From positions 2,592,001 to 2,656,000 of the forward strand of contig OY968762.1 of NCBI GenBank assembly GCA_963695225.1: a DNA stretch of 64,000 nucleotides. Reading direction: 5' to 3'. Of this stretch, positions 63,534-64,000 are shown one piece after another; position 1 is the stretch's first letter; each line of letters starts with the position of its first letter. Both the position numbers and the translations under genes were made by a program. This stretch comes from Vulcanimicrobiota bacterium (GTDB lineage Bacteria > Vulcanimicrobiota > Vulcanimicrobiia > Vulcanimicrobiales > Vulcanimicrobiaceae). The notes under the pieces were generated by a model. That model searched no databases. It was not told where the DNA came from and saw nothing but the letters and a program-made list of their open reading frames with translations.

Positions 63534-64000
63534 ATGACCAAGATTCGGGATGCGATCTCGGTGCGCTGCCCCGTGCGGAGCGCTCCGGGATATTTGTCCG
63601 CCTACTTCGATCGCCAGGGCGAGGGAGAAGCGGGCGTGACGCTGACGCTGCATCTCACGATCGTGGACGTCAAGCTCGATCGTGAGGTCGTCGCGACGCT
63701 CACGACGCCGAAGGGCGCCTGGCCGCAGAACCGCTTCGAGTTCACGTGGGGTCCGAAGGCCGGCGGCGCGTATCCGACGTTCGAGGGGCATCTGGATGTC
63801 GAAGACGACGGCCCGGCGCGCTGCCGCCTCGTGTTGACCGGTTCGTACCAGCCGCCCTACGGGATCGCGGGAAAAGCTTTCGATGCGGCGCTCGGTAAGC
63901 GCATCGCCGTTGCAACGATCCGCGAGTTGCTGGACACGTTGAGGAACGAAATCGAGGCCGCCTATCACGTCGAGTACGCCGGCAACAACGCTTCCGCGAG
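63534..64000 (+). CDS. SRPBCC-like hypothetical protein, 3' truncated
   Basis: GGGAG RBS; YP.FEG.L, L.GSY.PP.G..G..FD..LG..IA pattern. Confidence 0.7.
   Translation, partial: MTKIRDAISVRCPVRSAPGYLSAYFDRQGEGEAGVTLTLHLTIVDVKLDREVVATLTTPKGAWPQNRFEFTWGPKAGGAYPTFEGHLDVEDDGPARCRLVLTGSYQPPYGIAGKAFDAALGKRIAVATIRELLDTLRNEIEAAYHVEYAGNNASA

Noticed and set aside
1..64000. tRNA, rRNA, transposase or integrase genes
   Set aside because: None recognised by eye; tRNAscan-SE, Infernal and ISEScan would be needed to exclude them

Overview
High-GC bacterial window dominated by a ~38 kb anoxygenic photosynthesis gene cluster (about 2.5-40 kb). It encodes a type II reaction centre of the Chloroflexota-like kind (pufBALMC, Roseiflexus-like LH alpha/beta, no puhA in the window), bchIDH, two bchF paralogs, bchC, bchX, bchN, bchB, bchG, bchP, hemL, crtB and a CrtP/CrtQ-type desaturase. 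The combination suggests a phototrophic Eremiobacterota (WPS-2/Vulcanimicrobiota)-like organism (inference). The main observations are: (1) No ppsR or regA is present. Instead there are two Crp/Fnr-family regulators, one with an NtcA-type helix (RVTVTR) and one with a CRP-type helix (RETVSR). Nearly every photosynthesis operon has a matching GTA-N8-TAC or GTG-N8-CAC box 22-23 nt upstream of a -10 hexamer. (2) Several unannotated small membrane proteins (a tandem PYYYGGYPGPPxWFWIL pair, a 39-aa ORF and a 41-aa ORF) are candidate novel RC-LH subunits. (3) The reaction centre and PufC have unusual cofactor-site residues. (4) A ~160-bp structured repeat family shows compensatory base changes. The flanks carry a vWA plus YegI-like kinase pair, xfp/ackA, two paralogous Ig-like surface proteins and an interrupted ABC-2 operon. 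All calls come from reading motifs by eye; no searches were run.
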